Below, one piece after another: positions 1 through 26,000 of a DNA stretch of 64,000 bases. Under the pieces are notes generated by a model. The model did no database searches and was not told where the DNA came from. It saw only the letters and a list, made by a program, of their open reading frames with translations. Each line of letters begins with the position of its first letter. The stretch's first letter is position 1. The position numbers and the translations under genes are program-made. The DNA comes from Euglena gracilis (Eukaryota), in assembly GCA_039621445.1 (NCBI GenBank), contig CP154954.1, positions 15,704,140 through 15,768,139 of the forward strand, read 5' to 3'.

Positions 1-310
1 CAACCACACACCACACACACAACACACACACACACACACACACACCCACCCACACCACCCACCCACACAACACCACCCACACACCCCACCCACACACACC
101 CCCCCACCACACACCCCCCCACACACACACACACACAACACACACACACACACACACAACACACACGCACCACACACACTCACCACAAACAACACTCCAC
201 ATCACACACACACCAAACAACCAAAGAAAACAAGACCACCCCACACACCACACACACACCCACCCCCCTCCACACACACACACTCGCACACACAATCTTC
301 ACACACCACA
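1..310. repeat. Degenerate (CA)n microsatellite
   Basis: Directly visible; similar tracts at 1500-1745 and 36545-36730. Confidence 0.9.
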
Positions 311-1345
311 TCTCAAAAAATAACCAAACCCAAAAAGCTCATTCCCCTCACCCCCCACATTTTTTTTTACACAAAAAACCATCCAGGCCCCCCGTGGCAC
401 AAAATTCGGCTATCATCATCAATTACGAACCACTAAATCCACCAGTCAGATAAACACGCGATAGATATTTCTATTTTTCACAGGACATGATCCATTTTTG
501 ACAATAAATGAACCAGGAAAAATTAAAAAGTTTTTCCTAAATGGTCCTGAAATACCGCCCAAATGTAAACTCCGGGAGATTTTTTATTATTTTTAGGAGT
601 GGATGCTTCTGTATTACTCAGGCTACCGGGGGAATTGATACAACAATTTTCCACAAATTTTCGCAAATCTTCTGCAATTTCTTCAATATTTCTGCAGTTT
701 TTTCCACTACAACCTGAAATGGAAGGCGAAATGGGTTTCAGCCATTCCTTGAGCGTTTGTTTCACAAGGGAACCCAGGTGTTTTTATTTTATTTTTGCAA
801 TTTTTACAATTTTGCCAAAATTTGCCAAACTTTACAAATTTTCGCACGTTTTGGCAATTTCTTGGCATATTTTTATTAAAGGTTTTCCCCTGATTTCTGC
901 TGGGAAATCATTTCCACTTAAAAAAAAAAATTCCGCATCCCGGACCAGATTTTAATCTGAGACCAAACCTTTTGTCAATCATATTTGTGCTTTTCAGATT
1001 TTTCAGCCAAAAAATTCCATATTTCTAAAATCAGCGAGTTTTCAGAATAAAAAAAAATATTATTCAGACTTTTTTTTGCAGAAAAAGTGCTAATAACAAT
1101 TTAAAAATACACCAAGTGTGCACAATGACAAAAGTTGTGAAGTTTTTCTAAGTCCTCCAGCATAAGTGCACACATTCCCAAAACCCCAATTTCCGCAACT
1201 TTCCCCCAGTTTCGGCAATTTTTCCACAATTTTTATTTGGCCTCCAACATCAATTCCCCTCCCCTCCATTAACTCTTGTCATGCACTGGGGCGGGGGGGG
1301 GAGGCGAATGATGGTGGGTCATATCGTGGTACCGACCGCCAACAG

Positions 1346-13654
<12,309 letters not shown>

Positions 13655-16600
13655 GCTGTCCCCCCATCGAACTCAACACTTTGCCCCGCCTTCCACCCAC
13701 CACGACGCATATGCATTCCTGTGTGTGTTTGCCTCCTCACCTTTTCCTGCGATTTTAACAGCACTTTCAAGACACCTGTCACGGCGTCTTTTGGACGTTT
13801 GGCATCGCCTGCGGGAGACGCCAGTTTTACTGATTTGTACCATGACGCTTTTTCAGGATGGCCTTATGCAATTTAGGGTCATTGGGACAGTTTTGGGCCC
13901 ATTTCGCACAGCATATGCTTCGCATGTAATACACCTTCGTGTGTGCATGTGCATCTGTGTGTGTGGATGTGTGTCCGCGCGCGTGTGCGTGCGTGCCTGT
14001 GTGCGCGCGCGCGTGTGTGTGTGTGCGTTTCTGGATGCAGCAATTAGCCTCTAACTGCCAAATCTAACATCACGTTCATACATGTGATATAAGACAATTC
14101 CCAATTAAACCCCCCAAATAACCTGGCGGGGTCCTTGCTCCAAATTACTTGGCAGGGGGAGGGGCAAAAAAAGACGGTTCCAGTATATTGGCACCCCCCT
14201 TTTTAGGCAAAATTCCTTCAAGTCGCTGAAAAAGGGGCCAAATAACATTGCGGGGGGGGGGGCAGGGCCAAAAGTTAGTTTCAATAACCTGGCATTGTAT
14301 TTGGGGGTGGGGGTTACATGATTCCCCTCTTGCTGGCTGTGACAGTGCGGAGCACGAGTGGGGTCCAAGGAGGAAAGGAGGGGGGTTTCATCTTCTCAGG
14401 GAAAAATAAAAGAGGCGTGCGAGGTTATGCTATTGATCCCAGTTCCGTTGAACCTTTACCACACGTATGGGCTGTGTTTTTAACTGGCAGGTGCAACCCC
14501 GAAGCCTGTATTGGAGATTTGAAACTTTATTTCCGACATGCCTATCCCCCCCCCTCTTTTGAAGGGCGGTGGCTGAGTTCAGACGTTCAAATTCTCATCA
14601 TCATTTGATGCACTTAGTTGGGCATTGACTTTTTGTTGCCCGGGCATCCCACTCCCACAACCAGGGCAGTCTTCAGGGGCAGTTCTTCTCTTTTCTTTTC
14701 TTAAGGACTCCTTGGTGACCCCTTCCGGGCAATTGGCCCAGAAGGGGGGAACTGGAACCCAACCCCAGTCGAAATCCAAGATGTTGCAAACCATATCTTT
14801 TTGCATGTTTCACGTTGCTGGGCGATGTTCTATGGATGCCAGGTGTCGTGGTTTTCGCGTTCGGAAGATCATCGCTGAAATAATATCCCCTCTGCCCTCC
14901 AGAAGAAAAGAAAAAAAATATTATTTTTTGTCCGCCAAGCCACTGTAGATTACCTGAAGGACGGGACAGCCAATTTGGGGTTATGTTGGTCTGAGGTGGT
15001 CTCTGAAGCATGTGCGGCCTCGTGGAGCAACGGGTGAAACAAGTGGGGTTTTTTGAGTCCCCAACAAACAGTATTTTTTCAGCCAGGCATCGAGTGCCCC
15101 ACTTTGTTGTAGCTTTCCAATCCCCTGCCACGGTCAGGTTTCTTTTTTAGGACAGTCACACCTTGAGGGGGGCTGCCATATGGTCAGGTGTTTGAAACCC
15201 CTTCAAGGACAGGTTTTTAGGGGTGGTGGTTCAAAAGCCCCCCTTCCAGGGCGTTGCTTAAGAAAATTTGGCCCCCCCAGGGGGTCCAGCCAGCCAGCCT
15301 GCCTTTTTCCAGCCCTGGAACCCCCTCCCTCCCCCCATCAACGAGTTGCATTTATTTCCAGCCGCCCGAAGGGTGGCTGGACGGTAATGGATTTTTCGCT
15401 TTCAGGAGTGCAGAAAAAATGGGCCAAAAATGGGTCAAAAATGGGCGAAAATGGGCTGGAAGAGGCTGGCCAGGGCAAATTTGGGGTCAAGAAATCGATT
15501 TTTTTTGCATAATTGGCAGTTTTTGGGGGGTATTTTTGCAGTTTCCATTTCTTTTGGTACCCAGTTCGACCCTGGGCACCAGCTCCAGGACCCCTATGGA
15601 GGGGAGGGGCATGGCGCAACCCCTACCCGCCCTGGGAGGGAGGGGTGGTCAAGACCCACTCTCCAACACCCCCTGCGGTTGGGGTCACACAGGTGTTAAG
15701 TGAACCTACGTCTTGTACATGCAGCAAGTGTCAATTTTAGGACCCCGGGATTTTTAAACTTGAAATTGGGTTGGCCATCTGTCCTTGGGGCGACTGGATA
15801 CAGTAGGGTTGGGGTCAGGATTGTTGATACTTAAAAATACTCCCTTCCTCCCTGCCCGTCTATTTGGGGGAGAGGGGAAGCGCGTTTCCCTCAGGCGGCA
15901 GAGGGATAGCGGGAGAAAAGAAAATGCCAATCGTGCCTCAACCAGGGACCAGAGTGCAATTTTCTTTCAGTCTCCCAAAAAAGGCTCTCTGGGGTTGTTG
16001 AGGAATTGGGTTAGGGTTCAAAAGTGCTAGGGCCTAACAATCCTAAACACAACCGGACTTCTTCGAATAAACCCTAAAGCCACATCGTCAACTGGGTGTG
16101 AAGCTCAGAACCCCCGCAGGGATCCTGAACTTAACATGTACATATTTTCCCATCATTTCCCACCGCACATTTTCTACATCTTTTGCCACCTTTTCAACAT
16201 CTTTTGAAAGAGCCATTTTGAGATTTGTAAATTTCGGGAACAAACAGAAAAAAGAAGAGGTCCATTTTTTCCCTTTCACAATCATTGATCGTTCCAAAAT
16301 CGAAATGGGGGTCATCCAGCAGCCATTTTCCAGCCAGTCCAATTTTTCCAGCCTCTGAGCTTCCCCCCCCCCCGGGGGGAGGGGGGTCCCTGAGCAACGC
16401 CCTGCCCCCTTCCCATGGTGCTCATGGCGCATGGCTATGGGATGGCACCCCCGAGTACAAGCCACCCTCTTCCCCACCCAAAGGTCAATATGAACAAACA
16501 GTTATATTATTTTGATACATAAATAAATAAATAAATAAATATTATTACTGAATTATAATATATAATAATAATATAATTACAAAACTAAACAAAAATAAAT

Positions 16601-16710
16601 AAATAAATAAATATTCAGATATTCATATTCAGATGAATAAAAGCCTGGTCAGTGGTCCACGGTGCTCACCCCCCCCCCCCCCCCCACCCCCCCCCTGGCC
16701 CCCCCCCCCC

Positions 16711-19700
16711 ATGGCCGCTGCCGGCCGGCTGCTGGCGGCGGTGCTCCTCCTCCTCCTCCCCCTGCCGGGGTCGGCGGCCCTCCAACGGCCGCCTGCCCAC
16801 CGGCGGGTGGCCCCGGTAGGACCGCGGTCTGGCTTAGCCGCCGCCGCCGGCCGGGGCTTACAGACCGACCCGCGGCCGACCCCCGTGGACCGCGGCATGG
16901 ACGGTGTGTAGCGTGGATCGGCCGGTGCCCGCACAACGCTGCCATGGCACGCTCCCTGTTTGTGCTTGGTGTCGCTCTACTCGGGTCGGATGATTTCCCT
17001 CTTCGTGGGGGGAGGGGCGGGCGTTGCCACTTCTCTCTCTGCCTCTCGGCAAGGGGTGGCACAAAAGTGGTTTTATTTGTTTTTTTGCTTGTTTTCCGAT
17101 TTTTGCAAATCTTTTCTATTTATTATTTTCTACATTTATTGTGTCTTTTTTTGTTATTTTGCATTTTTTTTGCCTTTTTCACCTGTTGCGATTCTTGAGG
17201 TCTGTGTTGCTGTTGCGCCCCCGCCGCTGCTCCACCCTGAGCCTCTCATGCCCCCACAGGGCTGCCCACATCCAACAGCGCTCTCCCCAGTGACGGCGGC
17301 CCACTGACGCTGGCACCGGGGCTTTGGGCAGCAATCGCGGTGGCGTGCCTGGCCAGCGTTAGTTGCGCACTGCGCCGCTGGTGGACGGGGGACAGCCGGA
17401 CCGGCGTTCTCCGACCACTCTGTGACCCTCGCCAGGCACCGCCTTCCGCGAGGCCCTGAGGTTGCTGTGCAGATGCCCTGATAAACACCCCCCCCAATGT
17501 ACTGATATACACTGAGGGTCTTTAAATTTCGCCCTTGGAAAGAGTCGGCAAGGTTGGGTTTTGTTTTTGTATTTTTGGGGTGGGGGTCCCAAAATCGGCC
17601 CAAAAATTTTTGGGGGGGGTACCCAAAAATCAAAATTTTGGGTCTCCATTGACGACGAGAGAAAACCACGGGAAACAATGGTCGACCACATGAAGAACAC
17701 TGGCCTTGCCATGAGTTCTGTTCCGAAGGTCATCATTTACGGCACTTCGAAAGCAGCTCCTCAATCAAAGCTTGCTGGGCGACACTTTTCACATTTTTCT
17801 GAAATTTCTCGAAAATGGTGGGGAATCAAAGGAAACGTCCACAAACCTAAATTGAAGCCCTTAACATGCCCTATCTAACAACATTTTGATTTCCCCGCAA
17901 GTCCCCGCTTAGCCCGAGTTACGGCCATTTTTCGGCCGATTTTGACCATTTTGTACAGTTTTGGCCTGTTTTGACTTTGCCGTTTTCGGCCAGTTTTGGG
18001 TCAAAAAAAAAAAGTCGGAAAAAATCGAAAAAATTTTTGCCCGAAACGATGTTTTTTTGGCCTCCCAGACCTGAAAAGCCTGTTTTTGAGCCCAAAATGA
18101 GCGTTTTTCGCCCCTCCAGCGCCCCGTTTTTGGCCCAAACACATGGAGGGTGGTTGCGAAATTGGTGGCCTTGACACCTTGACACTGTGGTCACAAGGGA
18201 CACGGTTGACAATCCCCTCAACAATGGCTTTGTGGAACAACAAACGTTGATACACTTGCCCTTTCCATGCTGAGGGCAAATCTGGTATTGAACTCCTGTC
18301 CACAGCTTTGCAGAATTTCTTGAAAGAAGCCATAAAGAAAGGGCTGTGTTGATGAGAAAAAAAATTTCAAACAGGGGGTCCCCAAAATACAAATTCTTGG
18401 GGTTTTTGGGGGGAGTGCCAAAAAAAAAACAAAACCCAAAGCCCAACCTTTGAATCGGGAGTGTGTGTCAGGCCGACTACCTCAGGGATAGGGTATTTGG
18501 CGAAAGCATTTCTGGCACCAAAGGTAGCAGATGCCCAGAAAAGCCTATTTTGGGGAAATTCTTGAGTCACCGCTGCCCCCCCCCTGCCCTCACCCGGGTA
18601 GTGCTTGCCTGCCACTCCACAAGGGGGAAACACAAATTCGTTTTTTTTTTGTTTGTTTTGTGCTTTTTTTATTATGGTAAAATATGTTTTTTTGGGGGTT
18701 TTTTTTGTGCTTTTCCGGTGATTTTTTTCATTTTTTGCAGGAAAATTTTTTGACAAGAATTCCTCGCCTTGGTCCCGATTTTCCCCAGGACAAAAATTTT
18801 TATCGACGGCATTTTAATGGTTTTTGGTCAACAAATTGCATATTTTTTTGCAACAAAAAAAAAAACGAAAAAAAAATTCCCCATGGAGCCGAAATTATTT
18901 CTAGGTTCGCTCCAGCAGAAAGTGTGCATTCCGTGGAGCTTCTAAAGAATTTCATATGTAATTTGCGTTTTTTTTTCTGTGTGTGTTTTGTGTTTATTTG
19001 TGTTTTTTGTGCTTTTTTTTTACGTCGTGTTATTCGAGAGTCCATGTTGCGTTCCCCCCTCTTCCAGGGTACCCCTTTCACCTCCCCTCCCACCCTGGGT
19101 GATCAAATCAGTCGGTCTGTGTTTGTGGGGTGGGGTTATTTGGAATCAGAATGCACACTGTCCGTGTCACCAGTCAGCTCCTGCACACCACCGATCTCCT
19201 AATGGGTGAACTCTGACTTTGTTCAGTTTTAGTGTGCTGGTAATGACTCTAAGGCGGTGGGTGCGCCACAATGCCCATTGCGGTACACCGTCCACCAGCG
19301 TTCAATTCCAGCCGTACCCATGCTTGGCCCTCACATGTTTGCCTGAGGGGTGAGCTTCTGATGGATCTGTTTGTTACCGGTTTTCTTGCCAAGTTTTCTT
19401 TTTAACACACAAAGTGTCGAATTTTGAGAAATGGTGTTGTGGTAATGTGCAGATCCCCCCTGATACAATTATACTGTTTTTTTTTGAATTTGCACAGCGA
19501 ACCCCCCCCCCCTAACTGTACAGCCCCCCCATTACCCTCAAATGCACAACCCTCCAAAAGTGTATGACCCCCCTGTGGCGTTTGATTTGAAGACTGAATG
19601 GGCAAACCCGCTTCATGCAAAATAATACCACCATTTTCGGCATCACAGGATCTTTCCATCATTTTGCTTTTTTCTGTGTTGTATTGTTGGACATATTCAA

Positions 19701-20030
19701 ACTCGAACTGCTGATAATGTATATTCAAAAATAGATGATTTTTTATATGAAATACGGTGAGTTGCGGCATATTTGGGTCCCTAAAGTTTTTGACAAAACA
19801 GGGAACCCCCCTCCAATAACAGAATCCCTGCTAGAGGTGTTGAAATTCTACCCAAATATATAACTGCGGGCTCCTACATGCCCCCCTGCAGTGCAAACTT
19901 TTGAGCAGGGGGACGCGGGTGGCCCTCCCTCGCCATGGCGGCCCACACCGGCGCCAGCGCGGCAGACTCCTCGTCGCCTGCGCCGTGCCTGCGGAGCGCA
20001 CTGCCCCCCACTGCGCAGTGGCCAGGGGAG
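16711..20030 (+). other. Exons encoding a Euglena class I-type tripartite plastid-targeting presequence
   Basis: Signal-peptide-like [23 protein letters not shown], then a P/A/R/S-rich transit-like region. A second hydrophobic stretch [21 protein letters not shown] is followed by RR (stop-transfer; exon starting 17260), then a [11 protein letters not shown] segment before the MnmG core. Confidence 0.75.
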
Positions 20031-23000
20031 GACCAGACTTGCAGGTAACATATGCCCCCCCCCTGATGAAGACAGCAGGCCGGAGATGAGAAAGGTGCAT
20101 CTGGTCAATCTGTAGTGAATACATTGCGCAACATCATATGTGTGTGTGTGCTGTGTGGAGTTGACGCAAACCACGACCAACTGCAGTGGCAGTGCAGTGC
20201 CATGCAGCGAAGCGGCAGCGCAATTGCAGTGCAATGGCGGTGGCAGTGCACTGGTATGGGTTTCAGAATACAGAGGAATGGCAGAGGCAGTGCAGTGCAA
20301 TGCAGGTCTCGAGGCCTTCCAGTAGTTGTGTGCGTGCGAGTGCGCGTGCGAGTGCGCGTGCGAGGAGCGAGCGAGCGCGCGTGCGCGCGCGCGCGAGAGA
20401 GAGAGAGACAGAGAGAGAGTGTGTGTGTGCGTGCATGTGCGTGTGCGTGTGTGTGTGCGTGTGCGCGCGCGATGTCATGTGCTATGTTGTTTCCTTGCAG
20501 TTTGTGATGCCATACCGTCGGGTCTGGGGAGGACACAGAGTACGACGTGGTGGTGGTCGGCGCCGGGCACGCAGGCTGCGAGGCGGCTCTGGCGGCGGCG
20601 CGCCTGGGGGCCCGCACGCTGCTGCTGACGATGACCCTGGACAAGATCGCCTGGCAGCCGTGCAACCCGCCCGCGGCCCCGCATGCACCCGGGGGATGGC
20701 TTGGGGCGGGGGGGGGGGCGCAAATTTTTTTGTGTGTTTTTGACGGTTTTCGATTTTAGCAAAAATTGCTTTTTTTGCGGGTTTTTTTTTTAGCATTTTT
20801 GCATTCGAGGGCACATGTTGCCTCCACCCCCCCCCCCGCTTCAAATGCGAATCAACCACAAACGTTCAACTTTTGAACGGGTGAATGTGGTTCGTTGAAA
20901 GAGATGTTGTCGTGTAGAGTACCCAGCACCACGATGGGCTGGGGTCCCGACTCAACCCCCCCCCCCCGGCTCATTGGCCCAGTCCATTGTGGCCCCAACA
21001 AGCCGGAGGGGGGAGGGCAACTTCGGGGCGCCATGTTGACCCCAATGACCAAAGGGGGGGGCAACCAGCCGCCAAGCCAAAATGCCTCAAAACAGGGGGT
21101 CCATTTGGGCCTGTGGCCAACTTTGGAGGTGGGGGGCATGTTGGCCCCAACAGGGGGGGGGGGAATGAGCCGGGGCGGCGGAGGTATGACGAGGAAGCCT
21201 GAGCTGGCACAATGGAGTTGCGCAGATATTTTATGGTTTTCAGCCACCAGGTCCTGGCACCTCCAAAATCCCTATAAATGGACAGCATTTTTTGGTCTTT
21301 CTGCAGGTGGGGTCCAACAAATCCCTACAAATACCGACAGAGAAAAAAATTGTGCAAATGAATGCCTAGCCAAAGCCTTCCTAGTGAACAACTTCGACCA
21401 TCTTTTTGTCCTTCCTTTTTTGTTGCAAAGTTTTGTAGTTTTCTCTGTTCCTTGCTTTTCTTCTTTGAAAACTTTTTTGTCTTCACAGATTGTCCTGAAA
21501 ATGGTGGCTATCTGAGCAGCCAAAGTGTGCCTGGTAGAAGATCAGCATCAGCAGACTTAGTACAGTCCGGACAAAAATGATGGGAAACAAAAGTAAAACA
21601 AACAAAAATATAAAATATATAAAACAAATAATATATAATATATAATGTGTAATATATAATATATAATACATAATATATCAATATATAATATAACATATAA
21701 TAAATGGCATACAATGTACAATAATATATAGCACATATAATAATAACACTGACATACATAACAATAAAATGATATTAAACAAAAATAATGGGAAACCACC
21801 CAATTTTCCCATTCATTCTTCCTATCATTTTCCCCTGTACCTTTTCTATGCCCTTTGGTGGGGGGCACGTTCAGGGGTAGTCAATTTTCACCACAAAAAG
21901 TTGGGGGTATGAAATATGGTCACGTTTGGACTTCTTTTTTTGTAATAAAGGAACCACAAAAAAGACACCTACAAAACGATTTTGACGATTTTTTAAACCT
22001 CAATTTAAGTTTCAATTTGAATATTTTTGAGTTTAAAAGCCAATTGCATAAAAAATATTTATTTTTGAAATTTATATTTAATTACATTTAAATATTCAGT
22101 TGCTTTTCTGCTGATTTATTCATAACAATTGAGAAAAATTACCACCATTTTCCGTAAAAGTTTAATCTTCCCATTGCGTTGATTGTGTTTCCAACATTAA
22201 AGATTTTGCATAATTTTTTCACGTAATTGTTGTTTCCCGTCGTCGGACCGTGTATGCATTCTGGATCAAATCTGTCCAAAATAATGTGGCCAGGACCCCA
22301 ACCCCAGTGTTCAATCCCGACAAATCCCGACAAAACATAACAAATCCTGACAAATCCCAACAAATCCTGACACAGCCAAATCGCAAGTGTCTAGAGATGT
22401 CTGTCAAGGATAACAAATTGAATATGATTTTTGTTCTGTTTTGGAACAGAGGTTAGCTGGCTGGATCTTTCATCAATTTAACTTGGGTGGATTAACCTCG
22501 GCGTTTCCAGGGGAGAGGTAACCACCTTGTCCATATCGGGGTAAGAAAATCTGTTCGTCAACATTTATTTCAGAATTAAGGCCTCTACAAAATGCATGGA
22601 AAGATGGTTGGATCAATTTCCACCCACGACGCAGTATTTGTGCTGGGAGGGGGGTGCTCGCCAGCATGCCAGGGGGGTGCTCGCCAGCCCAAAGCTCCAA
22701 AAAAAAAAGATGTTTTCACCATTTTTATTTCACCGACCTCTCCCCCAATGAATGAAAAGGAGTTTATTTAGTTTGAACAAATGAAAAAAAAAAACAATTT
22801 CCCCTTTTTTTTTCTGTTTTCACGGGTTTATGTTGTTGTTTGCCAGGCCGGGCAGCGATGGCAGCCATCGGGGGCTCCGCCAAGAGCCAGCTGGTGCACG
22901 AGGTGGACGCGCTGGGGGGTGAGATGGGCAAGGCGGCCGACGCGTCGTACCTCCACAAGCGCCTCCTGAACGCCTCCAAAGGACCGGCCAGGCCTGAACG

Positions 23001-26000
23001 CCACCGCTGAGCGGCCAAAGCAGCTCCTCCATGAGTTTGACTTTGGTTTTGGTTTGGGGTTGCATCATTTTTGTCATTTCCCCCCCATTTTTGTCATTTT
23101 TGCCATTTTTGTTGTTGTTTTTTTACATTTTCATCATTTCTGTCATTTTTGTCTTTTTTGGCATTCATGCCATTTTGGCAGAGTTTTGTGCCTGAGGTCG
23201 GCTGTGCATGCCCTGCGAGCCCAGACAGACAAGGTACGTGCTGCCCCAAGCGTGGCTGGCTGTCTGCACATGCACAGGGTCACAGGCTTGCCGACATCCT
23301 GCGTTTTGCATGTCTGATGCTTCGTGTCTACGCAAACTGATGCTGGAAAGGCAGACAGAAAAGCGTGCAGGGATTGGATGTTTTGGTGATTTTAAGAAAT
23401 AGGAACCCAAATTTACCTTAGTATGCAGCCTGAACCTTCATAAGGAGGAAACCTTGGACGAGGAGGAGAACCGTTTCCCATTCAGCAGTTTTTGTTTCAG
23501 GAGCATGGAAGAGAAAGATTATTTAATTATAACACAGCAGGTCAAGCAACACAAATCAAAATATATAATTTAAATTTTCATTTTTTAATATTATTAATAT
23601 TTTTTTGCTAAAGCAGGAAGAATATATAACGCAATTTGCATCGATTCTTGTCGATCTGAAAGGCACATTCCACTCCTTGGCCCCTGCCTTTCAGGTGGAG
23701 TACTCACAGTACATGCGGCAGGTGCTGGAGACCACCCCGAACCTCTGCCTGCGCGAGGGCACCGTCAGCGAGCTGTTGGTGGATGAGCACAACGACGAGG
23801 TCCGCGGGGTGCGGGCCATGGATTCCCCGACCCTGTAATGACCCACCCAGGGGGGGGGGTGAAGGGGGGGGGTGGGTGGGTGGGTAGGTTTGGACCGCTG
23901 GGCCCTCGGGGGGGGGGGGGGCATTATTTGTTCGCGTGTTTGGGCCCAGGGAAAAGTCTCCCTGGGGGGGTATCGAAGTGAATCCATGGGACGGACCGTG
24001 TACGGGATGGAGTTCCATGCCCCGACCCTCGTGCTGACCGCTGGTACAGCCAGCGGCGAGCTTTAGAACATCCCAGGTTTGGAATGCCCAGCCTTGTTGC
24101 ATCTTTTTTTTTGCCCACTCAATTTCCCTCCCCCCTGGTGCTCCCCCTTGCAAGTGATGGGTGGGCAGAGTTGTTCCAAGTGAACCAGCATGTGTGTTTT
24201 TCTTTGAGAGCACCATAGGGCACCACCCAAGGAATCAGAACAGGCTGGCTGGGGGTTCCCGCATTTTCAAGGGGGTGGGGTCAGTCGGTGCCGGTGGCCG
24301 ATGGCGCACCCCACACATGCTTTGCCCGCGCCGCCCGTCAGTCGCCGCTGCCGCCCGTTCATGAACGGCACCATCTGGGTGGGCCGCACCACGCGCTCCG
24401 CTGGGCGGGCCGGGGAGCAGGCCTCGACGGGCATCACGGAGCAGCTGCAGCGTCTGGGACAGGCCGGGCCGGGGGGCCAGGGTGCTCGGGGGCGGTGGCG
24501 GTGCGTGGGCGTGCCCCGTGATGTGGTGACGTGGTTGTCGCGGACCTGGGTGTCCAGCTGTGGCCGGTGCGGCAGTGGTGTCATTTCATGGCCAGGGCGA
24601 GCTGGCCACCTCCTTTCAACCAGCCTTTTTCCCCACCTTTCGCCTTGAAGCTGTCCTTGTTGCCAGAGTCGCTGTTGAATTGTCATTAATTGTGTTTTTG
24701 GTGGCAATTTGCATTTGGAGCCTTTTTCTGAAAGGACTACAAATGATACAGTTGTGGCCAGGCTGTTCTCCAGAAGGGTCACCCCATGGTGGGGTGCTTT
24801 GGGCAGGCAGGAGAAGACAACATCTTCGAACCCCTGGGGTCGGGTTGGGGAGGAGGTGTTAATTATTTGTGCATCCCAGGCACCGAAAGCGCTGAGGGGC
24901 GGAAAAACGGCCATTCTCAAGCAGTGCGGTCCATTTGGGACGGGAAGGTTTCTTTTTCCCGTCAAGGACCGCCCTTAGGCCTAAGGGCCGACCAAACACT
25001 GAAACAGCTGGTTGAGAACTCAAATGTTGTTAAAAATGAAAACGCCAAAGAACACATTTTGACGTTTTGGGTGGACGGGCGATGGTCCAAGGTTGTTCCA
25101 CACCATTTTTTTTTCCACCAAGTTGGCCCGTTTTGCCATGGTATGGCCATACCATTTTCTCGGCAATGTTTCCTGCGGATTTCTCGTTGAATGCGCTGGG
25201 ACGGGGAATGGGAATTTCGTCTCCTTCGGCCCGACTCGGTTCCCCAAAACGACCCTGCAACGGAAAGGTCCCCAAAAGGCACAAGGTGTCGCCCTCCCCC
25301 AAGCGTCTGACTGTAGCAATGCGGTCCAGCCCCGCGGACGCATCCGTCGGGGCCCCAGTGCCGGGCCTGGCCGAGGCTTCACCACCGACCGGCTGAAGAC
25401 GGGGACGCCCCCCCGCGTCGATGGCCGGACCGTGAATTTCGCGGTGATGGAGCCAAACATTCACTTACCCGCCCCCCCCCCCCCTTGTCGTACAACCACC
25501 CCTCATTTACGCCCCCCCCCCGGTCACAGGCTGCAGGTCATGAGGGTGTTATGACCACCCCCCCCCCCCCCGGTCACAGGTTGCAGGTCATGGGCCCCCC
25601 GGTCACAGGTTGCAGGAACCCACTCGTACGACGGGGGGGGGGGGGGCGGGTAACATTGATTTGACCCCCGGTTCCCGAAAACAGTCGGTGTGGGTGGGTG
25701 GGTTTGCGCCCGGGAAGTGTGTTGCTAAGTGAATCTGTGGATGGAGCCGATGCCAGGGGACTCCCGCACGCGGTGGTTCACCCACGACACCGCTCGGCAC
25801 GTGGAGCGGGAACAGGTCAGGGATTTTTTTGGCTGGGTAGGGGGGGTTCCTCACGCAAAAAGTCGCAAAATTTGCCTCGCTTTTGTCCGCTGGTGGAGTT
25901 GCATTTTGCTCACAGCCCCAAATATTTTTTTTTCACAAAAGCCCCAATTATTTTCAGCCAAACAGCCCTGCACCGATGCTGTGCTATGGGACGCGGACGA